A DNA stretch of 15,792 nucleotides from Acaryochloridaceae cyanobacterium VAR_48_metabat_390 (GCA_031422435.1 JANPLU010000078.1:1-15792), one strand, 5' to 3'; shown: positions 7,490 through 15,792, counted from the first letter of the stretch. Notes: a model not told the origin generated them from the sequence alone. Translations and numbers: made by a program.

Positions 7490-7540
7490 TACAATAAGAG
7501 CATCCGACAGCAAGCAACCTTTTACTTTTGCCCATCGTCA
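7490..7540 (+). promoter_or_regulatory. Candidate promoter elements for the 7601 gene: -10 TACAAT (7490-7495) and ECF-like GCAAC-N17-CGTC (7514-7539)
   Basis: Motif resemblance only. Confidence 0.3.
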
Positions 7541-7600
7541 AGAATATTTAAGAGACAAGATTGTTTCGTTTAAAACTCCTTTCATACCCCAATACCTCCT

Positions 7601-8101
7601 ATGTTCAGTCGTCTTTCTCAATGGGTCGCAGTAAGCCTTATGGTTTCTGGCACGGCGACAGGATTTTTAGCTGCTGCTGCTCCAGCAAGCGCTGAACTGG
7701 AGCAGGGTACAACCTTAGTGCTGGCAGCTCCGGCTCAAAATGTGGATATGCGAGGCTATGTCAAAGGGGCAGTGGCGCTCTTTAAGACTGTGGGCGATCG
7801 CGACAGCAGCCAACGGCGCTGTATGGGTTACGGATCTTTGACCCCAGACCACACCCTCCAGGTTCAGCAAAAAACGTCCCAGGTGACGCTTCAGGTGAAA
7901 ACCAAACAGCAGCAGGATACGACGCTGGTGGTCGAGGGGCCAGACAATCGGCTTTACTGCTCAGATGATTCTTCTCAGGGCGGCAAAGAGGCTGGACTTG
8001 TGCTGACAAACCTCAAGGCCGGAAACTATCGGATCTGGATTGGTGCCTTTGAGCCAGGGGCTAGTTTCCGATATTCCCTTAATGTTAAAACCCAGCCTTA
8101 G
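7601..8101 (+). CDS. Secreted hypothetical protein with a PPC-like beta-sandwich domain
   Basis: Sec signal peptide ending APASA; RCMGYG...PDHTL...DTTLVVEGP...CSDD...AGNYRIWIG pattern with two Cys (probable disulfide). Confidence 0.8.
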   Translation: MFSRLSQWVAVSLMVSGTATGFLAAAAPASAELEQGTTLVLAAPAQNVDMRGYVKGAVALFKTVGDRDSSQRRCMGYGSLTPDHTLQVQQKTSQVTLQVKTKQQQDTTLVVEGPDNRLYCSDDSSQGGKEAGLVLTNLKAGNYRIWIGAFEPGASFRYSLNVKTQP

Positions 8102-8147
8102 GGGGTTTTAAGGTTCCGAATGGGTTTTAGATTTTAACCATTTTGGA
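8085..8147. terminator. Two hairpins between convergent genes
   Basis: Perfect 9-bp TTAAAACCC (8085-8093) / GGGTTTTAA (8103-8111) spanning the stop codon, plus an imperfect TCCGAATGG..CCATTTTGGA hairpin at about 8115-8147. Confidence 0.35.
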
Positions 8148-8175
8148 TTGGGTAAGAGCGCAATGTATTGTCCCC

Positions 8176-8775
8176 CTACGGAGATGGGGTTGGCGTTACG
8201 GTCGGTTTAGAGACACCCGCCGCCTTAGCCTGCCATTCCGATAAAGGCCGATTGATAGCGTCTAGAAACCCTGTTGGGACGAGAGCAACTTCAAGCGGCT
8301 TCTTTGCAGCAGAATCTGGATCAATCTGGGCATACACCGCGCTCTGGTTAAAGGTTTGTGCCCCCAAAACAACTTGGTGGGTTTTCTGGTTTTTAAGCTG
8401 TAGCAGCAGGGTTGCGGTGGGGTTGTCGAGTCCAAAGTCTTTAAGCTGGGCTGGCTCCACTGAGAAGGTGCGCTCACTGGTGACTGTGGCTAAAAGATTT
8501 AGCAAAAAGGTGACGGTGCCTTCATCGGCAGCGCCAGGTTTGGGAGCCTTGATCTGCCATCCTTTGTCAGTTTTTTCTAGCTTTAGGGTTTGGGCTTTAG
8601 ATTGAATGGTGAGCTGGGTAATGTCGGCTTCTTTGAGGGCAAAGAGAGGCTTAGTGGCCTTTTGTGAGTCAGCGGTTTGGGGTTGCCCAGAGCGGGATTG
8701 ATCCCAGGCATAGATGCTGATCGCCGATAAGAGGGCGATCGCCAGCATGACCACAGTGCTTGTTTTCAGTTTCAT
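8176..8775 (-). CDS. DUF4340 domain membrane-anchored protein (accessory to the Gld-type ABC system)
   Basis: MKLKTSTVVMLAIALL N-terminal anchor and W.I..P....AD, FGLDNP and LG..TFN motifs. ATG 8775 overlaps the upstream TGA (ATGA), so it is preferred over 8790. Confidence 0.85.
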   Translation of the reverse strand: MKLKTSTVVMLAIALLSAISIYAWDQSRSGQPQTADSQKATKPLFALKEADITQLTIQSKAQTLKLEKTDKGWQIKAPKPGAADEGTVTFLLNLLATVTSERTFSVEPAQLKDFGLDNPTATLLLQLKNQKTHQVVLGAQTFNQSAVYAQIDPDSAAKKPLEVALVPTGFLDAINRPLSEWQAKAAGVSKPTVTPTPSP

Positions 8776-10394
8776 CGGCGTTTCCACCATAGGTAAGCGC
8801 CTGATCCAAAGGCTGCGAGGGGTAAAAAGCCTAAGCCAGTCAGCGTTAAAATTCGCCAGTTGGTGGGGTTTAGCTCAATGCGACGATCCTTAATTTCTTT
8901 GGGTCGGATGGAGAGGCTGGGGTCATCAGCGCCGCTGCCCAACCACGTCACTGCGTTGAGAAACAGATCGCTATTAAGAACCTGCGGATTCGGGACGGTG
9001 GCAAAGTCAGAATCTCCAATGACGACCATCTTGGCCTGCACTTTGGTGGGCGATGGCTTTGCGGCAGCATCTGTTTTGGGCTTAGGCTCGCCAGCGGCAG
9101 CCGCAGCTTCAAAAGTGCGAGTGATGGCAACCCCAACGGTTAAGGGACCTTTGCGATCGCGGGCGGCATCAAACTGAAGTTTTTCTTGGTCAGAGTCGGC
9201 TTCAGCCCAGCTTTGAGGACTGGTCTTGAGGAGTTCTGTAACCTGATCCTCTGTAGAAGACGGTTTGACCGTCATGGCCTGCACCAGTGGAAAGAACGAT
9301 GGCCCCTGCGCAAAATCCTTAGTAATGGGGTGTTCGCCATACTGCGTCACAAGGGGGATGGCAGGCCCCAAGCCCAAGAGTTGCCCAGACCCAGAGGCAT
9401 CCACCACCACGCGGTTGTCGAGGGTAATGCCCCAGTCTTTGAGCAGTGGGTCAAGCCCCGTTTTGACGGCAGGGTCTAGCATCAGCATGAGTGCCCCTCC
9501 CTGCTTCAGATAGTCCTGAAGCAGCTTGACTTCACCTTCTAAATACACGCGCTTTGGCCCTGCAATGACTAGCACATTGGCGTCTGCCGGAATCTGCTTT
9601 TGCTCTAGAAGATTGAGAACGTTGACGTTAAAGTCTCGCTTTTTAAGTTCTGTGATGGCACCGTCAATGTTGCCTTGTCCGCCGTTAACGGGCGCTTCGC
9701 CATGCCCCTGAATCATGTAGGCATTGGCTTTGCGATCGCGCAGTAAAGAAGCCACCGCTGGCGTTAGGTTGGTTTCGCTGAGGTCGCCCTCTAGGGTTTT
9801 GGTGCGATCGCCCGTCTCCAAAACAACTTCACCCAGAGTACGCACCTTATACTTTTCGGCAAGTCCCGGCTGGGCTTGGGGGTCAATAAATTCAAAGCTG
9901 AGGCGGTCGGGGTTTTGACGACGATACTGCTCGAGCAGACCCTGCTGAACAGGGGTTGGCTGATTACTAAAAACGCGCACCTTCAGCGGCTGCTTTAGGG
10001 TTTTAATAAGCTGCTTGGTTTGGGGCGCTAAAGAAAACTGCTGGTTCTCGGTAAAGTCAATTTGGCCTGGAATTCGCACTGCCAAAAAGTTGAGTCCGCC
10101 CAAAATAACCACCACGGCAATCGTGGTCAGTAGGGCGTTGGTGCTGGTCTGTACCGAGCGCTGCCGCCACCAGGGAGAAGCAGAATCGCTGGCGTTCATC
10201 CAGCGCAGAGAAAGCCACAGGGCGATCGCCACCAGACCCGCTACCACTAATCCAATCCCTACGGGCGACCAAGCGCCGGAAATTAAGCTTGCGCTCCCCC
10301 CCGCAATCATCAGGCCAAGCCCCACCCAAAAGAGCAGATTGACCAGCTTTGGATTGAGATTGAGCTTTGGCTTTGCCAACAAACGTTTCACCAC
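8772..10394 (-). CDS. GldG-family ABC transporter auxiliary component (GIFT/ABC_transp_aux domain)
   Basis: Three N-terminal TM helices, DFTENQQFSLAPQT, GHGE, VLVIAGP, YLKQGG, VVIGDSDF and N.DLFLNAVTWL motifs, and a C-terminal TM ending WWKRR. Confidence 0.9.
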   Translation of the reverse strand: MVKRLLAKPKLNLNPKLVNLLFWVGLGLMIAGGSASLISGAWSPVGIGLVVAGLVAIALWLSLRWMNASDSASPWWRQRSVQTSTNALLTTIAVVVILGGLNFLAVRIPGQIDFTENQQFSLAPQTKQLIKTLKQPLKVRVFSNQPTPVQQGLLEQYRRQNPDRLSFEFIDPQAQPGLAEKYKVRTLGEVVLETGDRTKTLEGDLSETNLTPAVASLLRDRKANAYMIQGHGEAPVNGGQGNIDGAITELKKRDFNVNVLNLLEQKQIPADANVLVIAGPKRVYLEGEVKLLQDYLKQGGALMLMLDPAVKTGLDPLLKDWGITLDNRVVVDASGSGQLLGLGPAIPLVTQYGEHPITKDFAQGPSFFPLVQAMTVKPSSTEDQVTELLKTSPQSWAEADSDQEKLQFDAARDRKGPLTVGVAITRTFEAAAAAGEPKPKTDAAAKPSPTKVQAKMVVIGDSDFATVPNPQVLNSDLFLNAVTWLGSGADDPSLSIRPKEIKDRRIELNPTNWRILTLTGLGFLPLAAFGSGAYLWWKRR

Positions 10395-10481
10395 TGAATT
10401 TCCCTATTTTGTGAATCAGCCAACCCTGCAGCTTCTGTAACAAGACTCAAACGTCTCATCAGGCTGCGTTTAAGCCATCCG

Positions 10482-11285
10482 TTAAGACTGCTGAAAGCGA
10501 ATAAGATCAATCGACTGAGCCGTCAAAAACAGCCCTAAAACCACGTAGCTTACAAATAAGACCACGCTAGAGCTATCTAGCATCCCTTGGGTCAAACTGG
10601 TGTAGTGCTTGAGTAGCGAAAGATGCTTTAAGATCTCTCCCCCTGCGCCCCCAAGGGTTTGACCTAGAAAATCTAGAATCCACAGTACCAGCACCAGCAC
10701 AAAGGTTAAAAATGCCGCCACAATCGCGCTGTCGTTGAGAGAAGAGATAAACATCCCCAACGAGAGAACTGCCGCTGCCAGCAAAATAATGCCAAGATGC
10801 CCCACAAAGAAAATCTGTAGTGGAAATGCAGGTTTGGCAGCGCTAAGCAAAAATAGCTCCAGCATTGCAATAGGGAAAATCAGCGTGATGACAAAAACCA
10901 GAACCGCCATCAGCTTGCCCACCGCAACCGCCCAATTGGTAATGGGGGAGGTGGCTAAAAGTTCTAAAGTGTGGCGCTTGCGTTCCTCGGTGTAGAGGTT
11001 CATCGACAGCACAGGCAGAATAAACAGCAGAATTGAACCCATCACCGACAAGAAGTTTTGCAAAACGAGGGTGGGCACGTCAAGGGGTGCGCCGCCGCCT
11101 TGCCCCATCTGTCGTCCCAAGTCGTTTTGAGTGGCGTACTGAATCACCTGCTGAGACACCAGCACCAGAAACAGCGCCGTCAAAATCCAAAAGAACCCAG
11201 CAATGATGTACGACAGCGGCGACTTAAAGTAGCCTTGCAGCTCTTTGCGGAAGATGGCATCAATATTAGCCAGTACCGTGATCAT
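10482..11285 (-). CDS. ABC-2 type permease, GldF-like
   Basis: AIFRKELQGYFKSPLSY, EERKRHTLELLATSP and GKL motifs; about six TM helices; ATGA overlap with the ATPase gene. Confidence 0.92.
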   Translation of the reverse strand: MITVLANIDAIFRKELQGYFKSPLSYIIAGFFWILTALFLVLVSQQVIQYATQNDLGRQMGQGGGAPLDVPTLVLQNFLSVMGSILLFILPVLSMNLYTEERKRHTLELLATSPITNWAVAVGKLMAVLVFVITLIFPIAMLELFLLSAAKPAFPLQIFFVGHLGIILLAAAVLSLGMFISSLNDSAIVAAFLTFVLVLVLWILDFLGQTLGGAGGEILKHLSLLKHYTSLTQGMLDSSSVVLFVSYVVLGLFLTAQSIDLIRFQQS

Positions 11286-12313
11286 TCTGTCTCCTCTGTC
11301 TGTGGGCGATCGGTTTGGATGGGTTCTTCAGTCATCACATCTGCTGTGGGGTCAGAGGCAGCCTCAACCGCCGTTTCTTCAGTGGTGAGCTGTAAAAATA
11401 CGTCCTCTAGGCTTGCGCCAACTTTCCGCATTTCATAGAGTCCCACATGCTCAGAGACTAGCACTGCGGCTAACTGTTTCCCAAAGTCTGGGTTGGTTTC
11501 GGTACTGACGCGCAGTCTGTGGCGCTGCTCGGGCAGTTCGTCTGCGGCTAACCAGTGGAGTTCTTTGAGGTCTGCGACGCGCTGAAGCTGCTCCGTGATA
11601 TGGCTGCGATCGCCCTCCACTTCCAGCTCATAGCGCATTCCGCCCGATAGCTGAAGCATCAGGTCGTCTGGGGTGCCAGAACTGACCACGCGACCTTTGT
11701 TAATAATGGCAACGCGATCGCAGGTCATGCTCACTTCAGGCAAGATGTGAGTCGAAAGAATGACAGTGGTTTGCCCCGCCAAATTTTTAATGAGGTTGCG
11801 CACCTCAATGATTTGGCGTGGGTCTAACCCAACGGTTGGCTCGTCTAAGATAATGGCGGGTGGGTCATGGACGATCGCCTGGGCAATGCCCACGCGCTGT
11901 CGAAAACCCTTAGAAAGCTTGCGAATAATGACCTTGCGCTTTTCTTGCAAACTGCAGCGCTCGATTGCAGAGGTGATTTTAGTGGCGCGATCGCCCGCCG
12001 CAACGCCCTTAATGCGCGCGACGAAGTTGAGATAGTCCTCAACGGTCATGTCTGCGTAGAGCGGAGGGGTTTCGGGGAGGTATCCAATGCGCTGACGTAC
12101 CGCCATCGGGCTTTCGTGAACCTCATAGCCTGCCACTCTCGCCGTGCCGTGACTGGCGGGGAGGTACCCCGACAAAATTCTCATAGTAGTGGTTTTACCC
12201 GCGCCATTTGGCCCCAGTAGCCCTAAGATTTCTCCAGGCTCCGCCTGAAATGTAACATCATTAATGGCAGTGGTTGAGCCATAGGTTTTGCTCAAGTGCT
12301 CAACATCGATCAT
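11282..12313 (-). CDS. ABC transporter ATP-binding protein, GldA-like, with C-terminal extension
   Basis: Walker A GPNGAGKT, signature LSKGFRQ, Walker B IILDEP, H-loop STH, and SLEDVFLQLT followed by an acidic tail. Confidence 0.95.
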   Translation of the reverse strand: MIDVEHLSKTYGSTTAINDVTFQAEPGEILGLLGPNGAGKTTTMRILSGYLPASHGTARVAGYEVHESPMAVRQRIGYLPETPPLYADMTVEDYLNFVARIKGVAAGDRATKITSAIERCSLQEKRKVIIRKLSKGFRQRVGIAQAIVHDPPAIILDEPTVGLDPRQIIEVRNLIKNLAGQTTVILSTHILPEVSMTCDRVAIINKGRVVSSGTPDDLMLQLSGGMRYELEVEGDRSHITEQLQRVADLKELHWLAADELPEQRHRLRVSTETNPDFGKQLAAVLVSEHVGLYEMRKVGASLEDVFLQLTTEETAVEAASDPTADVMTEEPIQTDRPQTEETE

Positions 12314-12432
12314 GATTCGACCCCAGTTATTTAACCCTATCTGCTGTGGCTACGTCCTTTCTACCACCATTCTGTCTCTCTGAACACATTTCAGAAAATG
12401 TTGCAGGTTCAAGTTTGTCGGTCATCGTCTCA

Positions 12433-13203
12433 ATGAACGTATCAGAAGACCATTCTCCGTATTGGCTGCACTGGCTAGATACCTGCCCCAGTACCAACAC
12501 CTGGGCGATAGAAAATGCCGCCCGTCTCACTCATGGGGATGTTGTGTTTACCCAAAATCAAACGGCTGGAAGGGGTCAAAAGGGACGAACCTGGCATTCT
12601 CCTGCTGGCGTGCTAACCGCAAGCGTAATATTAACGCAAACTCCTTCGGCACAACTGCCTGAACTTAGCTTGGCGGCAGGGCTAGCCGTCATTTATGCCG
12701 TGGAAGATTTAGTTGTCGACTGTCAAAACCTTTTCCGCCTAAAGTGGCCTAACGATATTCTTTTTAATGAGCGTAAGCTGGCAGGGATTTTGTGTGAAGC
12801 CAGCTCTTTTGGGACAGAGAATCGCGTTGTTATAGGGATTGGCCTTAATCGTTGTGTAGAGGTAAAACATGAAACGCTTCAGGCAATTTCTCATCGAGTC
12901 ATCAGTCTCCATCAAATTTCAGCTACCGTACCAACTGAATTAGAGCTATTGGAGCAGTTACGCAGTTACCTTATGCAGTTGGCGGGGCTACTGCAGTATA
13001 GAAATAATCGATCTGATAATGGGTTTAGTTCGTTATTGCCATCTCTGCGCCAAAGAGATGCCCTAAGGGGGCAGATGATTACCCTAGCGGTGGGACAGGC
13101 GCAAATTGCGGGTGAGGCTGCGGGTATTGGCGATCGCGGTCATCTGCTGCTCCGTCTTCAGAATGGGGAAATACAGGCATTTGCCTCAGGGCATATTCTT
13201 TGA
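12433..13203 (+). CDS. birA: Biotin--[acetyl-CoA-carboxylase] ligase (group I, no N-terminal HTH)
   Basis: STN, QTAGRGQKGRTW.SP, LKWPND, KLAGILCE, IGIGLN and a C-terminal GI...G.L.L domain. ATG 12433 is preferred over the GTG at 12346. Confidence 0.92.
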   Translation: MNVSEDHSPYWLHWLDTCPSTNTWAIENAARLTHGDVVFTQNQTAGRGQKGRTWHSPAGVLTASVILTQTPSAQLPELSLAAGLAVIYAVEDLVVDCQNLFRLKWPNDILFNERKLAGILCEASSFGTENRVVIGIGLNRCVEVKHETLQAISHRVISLHQISATVPTELELLEQLRSYLMQLAGLLQYRNNRSDNGFSSLLPSLRQRDALRGQMITLAVGQAQIAGEAAGIGDRGHLLLRLQNGEIQAFASGHIL

Positions 13204-13215
13204 CCTTCTCTAATT

Positions 13216-13284
13216 GTAGGGTTGGCTCTGACCACCCAAAAGAACAGATTCCTCCATTTTTTTGGGTGGTCAATTTCCGCACCA
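13216..13284. repeat. Degenerate GTAG-type REP doublet (REPIN-like) containing a 13-bp perfect inverted repeat
   Basis: TGACCACCCAAAA (13229-13241) / TTTTGGGTGGTCA (13260-13272). The left unit GTAGGGTTGGCTCTGACCACC resembles the cyanobacterial repeat GTAGGGTGGGCACTGCCCACC as recalled from memory. Confidence 0.55.
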
Positions 13285-13312
13285 GGACAGGTCGCCCAAT
13301 CTAGCCAGCCCA

Positions 13313-13318
13313 TATAAT
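13313..13318 (+). promoter_or_regulatory. Consensus -10 box TATAAT for the UPF0182 gene
   Basis: Perfect TATAAT ending 53 nt before ATG 13372; no clear -35 element, which is common in cyanobacteria. Confidence 0.45.
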
Positions 13319-13371
13319 GGCTTGATATTAAACCCGAACAGGCTCAAGACGAATCCTTCTCAAGCACCCCG

Positions 13372-15792
13372 ATGAAGCAGTTCCCTCGCCTCAAATCTGG
13401 AACAGTCCAGCCATACATTATTCGCAGCATTATCCTAATTGCGGGGCTGTGGCTCGGGCTGGATCTGTTGGCTCGACTGGGGGCAGAACTGCTGTGGTTT
13501 CAGGAAGTCGGCTACCTGAAAATGTATCTGCTTAGACTCACGACCCAGGGCACACTGTGGATTGTCATTTTTGCCATCAGTATTGGCTACCTATTAGGCA
13601 ATCTCGCCCTGGCTCAGCGCTTCAAGCATGGCAGTTTTTCCAATCTCCCATTGGCTCAAACTGCTCGAACTGCACTTAAGCTATGCTGGCTGCTGCCCTT
13701 AACCCTTGGGCTAAGCCTGCTTACAGAACTGCTGATGCTGCACTATGGTCAGGCGCTTTCCAGTCAATGGCACCTTGACCCAAGCTTGCCCAGCATCTCT
13801 CCCCCGATGCCTACCTTATTTAGGCCAAACTCTCTCTGGCATTTGGGTCTTCAGAGCTTTTCTCAAGGATGGATTGCGATCGCATTGCTAGCCCTGCCCA
13901 TCGCCCTCCTCCGATTCCCGACCTTTGGACTGACTGCGATCGCATTCATCTTCAGCAGTTTCGTTAGCATCGCGCTGTCCCGTCAGTGGGTAAAGGTGCT
14001 GCCGGCCTTCCAAAGAACCTCCTTTAACCAGACAGAGCCTGTTTTTAACCAAGATATTGGCTTTTACATCTTTACTCTCCCCGCTTGGGAACTTTTAGAG
14101 TTTTTGCTGATGGGGCTGTCTCTGTACGGGCTAATTGCTGTGGCTCTCACCTATCTGCTATCGGGCAATAGCCTAAGTGAGGGCTGGTTTATCGGCTTCT
14201 CACCCCCACAGCAACGACATCTCTGCGGACTGGGGGGAGCTTTTTTAGTGGTAGCTAGCCTTAGCTATTGGCTCAGTCGCTACGAATTGCTGTATTCTAC
14301 GAGCGGCGTTTCTTTTGGTGCCAGCTTTACGGATATTGTCGTACAGTTGCCGATCTATATTGGGTGCAGCGGCTTAACTTTGGCGATCGCAGGGGTGCTG
14401 TTCTGGCAGGCCATAAACTCTCAAGCAAAACCCATCACCAGAAAATCTATGCTGTACGGCGTGGGGATTTATCTAGGGTTGACGAGCGGCGTTGGCTCAA
14501 TCTTGCCCATAACAGTCCAGTCGTTTATGGTGCAGCCCAACGAACTAGCACGAGAGCAGCCCTACCTACAGCGCACCATTGCCTATACGCGCCGAGCCTT
14601 CGACCTTGAAAATATAGAAACGCAAACCTTTAACCCCTCAGGACAGCTCACCGCCGCCGACATTAAAGCCAACGACCTCACCATCCGCAACATCCGCCTC
14701 TGGGATCAGCAGCCGCTTTTAGACACCAATCGACAGCTTCAGCAAATTCGGCTTTACTATCGTTTTCACGATGCCGATATTGATCGCTATCCTCTCCAGG
14801 CCGAACCGCCTCTCATCCCAACCCCAAAAGCGGCAGATGTGCCCCGCCCTAAGGCAGTGCCTGCTGAGAGCCAACAGGTTTTAATTGCTGCCCGCGAGCT
14901 TGACTACAGCGCTGTACCCAAGGCGGCACAAACCTGGGTCAACCAGCGCATGATTTATACCCACGGCTACGGCTTCACCCTTAGCCCTGTGAATCGTGCT
15001 AGCCCAGAAGGACTGCCCGAATATCTCGTGAAGGATATTGGCGTGACCGAAGGGAATTCCCTCACAACCAGTAGTGCAGCCGTGAGAGCAAGCATCCCCA
15101 TTGGGCAACCCCGCATCTACTACGGTGAGTTGTCTAATACCTATGTGATGACGGGCACTCAGGTCAAAGAACTGGACTATCCCAGCGGGGATGAGAACGT
15201 TTACAGCACCTATGATGGTCGGGGCGGAATTTTAGTCAATGCGCCCTGGAAAAAGTTTTTATTTGCAAAATACCTAAACGACTGGCGGATGCTCCTCACG
15301 CCAGAGTTTAAGCCCGAAACCAAGCTGCTGTTTCGGCGCAATATTAACCAGCGAGTGCGGGCGATCGCCCCCTTTCTGCGCTACGACAGCGACCCTTACC
15401 TCGTGGCAGCTAATACCACCCCTGATCAACCCAATAACCCAAGCCGCCTGTTTTGGATCATTGATGCCTATACCACCAGCGATCATTACCCCTACTCAGA
15501 TGGCGGTGACCGCTCCATCAACTATATCCGTAACGCCATTAAGGTTGTTGTCGATGCCTACAACGGCTCCGTAACCTTTTATAATTCTGATCTCAACGAC
15601 CCGATTATCAACCGCTGGTCTGAAATCTTTCCCGATTTATTTCAGCCCTTGAGCGCCATGCCCGCTTCACTCCGTCAGCATCTGCGCTATCCCGTCGATT
15701 TTCTGAAGCTCCAGTCTGAGCGGCTCATGATCTATCACATGACCGACGCCCAGGTCTTCTATAACCGCGAAGATCAGTGGCAAATCCCCACA
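13372..15792 (+). CDS. UPF0182 family membrane protein, 3' partial
   Basis: Open frame of 807 codons from ATG 13372 to the window end: ELLWFQEVGY, EPVFNQDIGFYIFTLP, IRNIRLWD, QLQQIRLYYRF.DADIDRY, YTHGYG, PRIYYGE, APFLRYDSDPY, INYIRN, HLRYP and FYNREDQW motifs. Absent from the ORF track because there is no stop. Confidence 0.95.
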   Translation, partial: MKQFPRLKSGTVQPYIIRSIILIAGLWLGLDLLARLGAELLWFQEVGYLKMYLLRLTTQGTLWIVIFAISIGYLLGNLALAQRFKHGSFSNLPLAQTARTALKLCWLLPLTLGLSLLTELLMLHYGQALSSQWHLDPSLPSISPPMPTLFRPNSLWHLGLQSFSQGWIAIALLALPIALLRFPTFGLTAIAFIFSSFVSIALSRQWVKVLPAFQRTSFNQTEPVFNQDIGFYIFTLPAWELLEFLLMGLSLYGLIAVALTYLLSGNSLSEGWFIGFSPPQQRHLCGLGGAFLVVASLSYWLSRYELLYSTSGVSFGASFTDIVVQLPIYIGCSGLTLAIAGVLFWQAINSQAKPITRKSMLYGVGIYLGLTSGVGSILPITVQSFMVQPNELAREQPYLQRTIAYTRRAFDLENIETQTFNPSGQLTAADIKANDLTIRNIRLWDQQPLLDTNRQLQQIRLYYRFHDADIDRYPLQAEPPLIPTPKAADVPRPKAVPAESQQVLIAARELDYSAVPKAAQTWVNQRMIYTHGYGFTLSPVNRASPEGLPEYLVKDIGVTEGNSLTTSSAAVRASIPIGQPRIYYGELSNTYVMTGTQVKELDYPSGDENVYSTYDGRGGILVNAPWKKFLFAKYLNDWRMLLTPEFKPETKLLFRRNINQRVRAIAPFLRYDSDPYLVAANTTPDQPNNPSRLFWIIDAYTTSDHYPYSDGGDRSINYIRNAIKVVVDAYNGSVTFYNSDLNDPIINRWSEIFPDLFQPLSAMPASLRQHLRYPVDFLKLQSERLMIYHMTDAQVFYNREDQWQIPT

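Larger units (their letters stand above)
2100..15368. repeat. HIP1 octamer GCGATCGC, dispersed (at least 21 copies)
   Basis: Counted by eye at 2100, 3233, 4001, 4463, 4918, 6881, 7101, 7794, 8735, 9153, 9732, 9804, 10222, 11606, 11714, 11987, 13130, 13876, 13936, 14383 and 15361; fewer than one copy is expected by chance. Confidence 0.95.

Noticed and set aside
7397..7491. Resemblance to a c-di-GMP-I (GEMM) riboswitch (TAAACCATC...GTGG; GCTAAGG...CTACGG..AGCC)
   Set aside because: It lacks the GNRA loop and the GACGCAAAG junction, and the second stem does not pair properly. An Rfam cmscan hit would be needed to revive it.
9040..9115. Ala/Pro/Lys-rich stretch in GldG
   Set aside because: A low-complexity linker with no nucleotide-level tandem repeat or mobile-element ends.
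1413..13282. Numerous short antisense or alternate-frame ORFs in the track (e.g. 1413-1715, 2484-2795, 8168-8605, 8860-9177, 10015-10440, 11058-11438, 11867-12220)
   Set aside because: All lie within well-supported genes and show no independent motifs; they are shadow ORFs.
13875..13946. TGCGATCGCATT repeated at 60-nt spacing, superficially like a CRISPR repeat period
   Set aside because: Only two 12-nt copies, both HIP1 sites encoding AIA within a CDS; there is no array or cas gene.
14268..15486. ORFs 14268-14609, 14881-15108 and 15274-15486
   Set aside because: They lie inside the UPF0182 reading frame.

Overview
Cyanobacterial chromosomal segment (at least 21 HIP1 GCGATCGC octamers, ndhP), mostly conserved housekeeping or envelope genes. 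From left to right: a partial XRE-HTH/GrpE-like gene (-, missed by the ORF track); ndhP overlapping a thioredoxin-fold [2Fe-2S] ferredoxin gene (+); a DegT-family aminotransferase and AI-2E transporter (-); fetB-like permease, RluB/RsuA-family pseudouridine synthase and rodZ (+); two divergent exported hypothetical proteins; a GldA/GldF/GldG/DUF4340 ABC operon (-); an HTH-less biotin ligase birA (+); and a partial UPF0182 membrane protein (+, missed by the ORF track). No CRISPR array, transposase, rRNA or tRNA was seen. The best candidates for something undescribed are (i) a structured leader or sRNA with a 14-codon uORF and an intrinsic terminator just upstream of the DegT gene, (ii) the coupling of ndhP to a NuoE-fold ferredoxin, and (iii) a degenerate GTAG-type REP doublet after birA. 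All family assignments come from motif recognition; no database searches were run.
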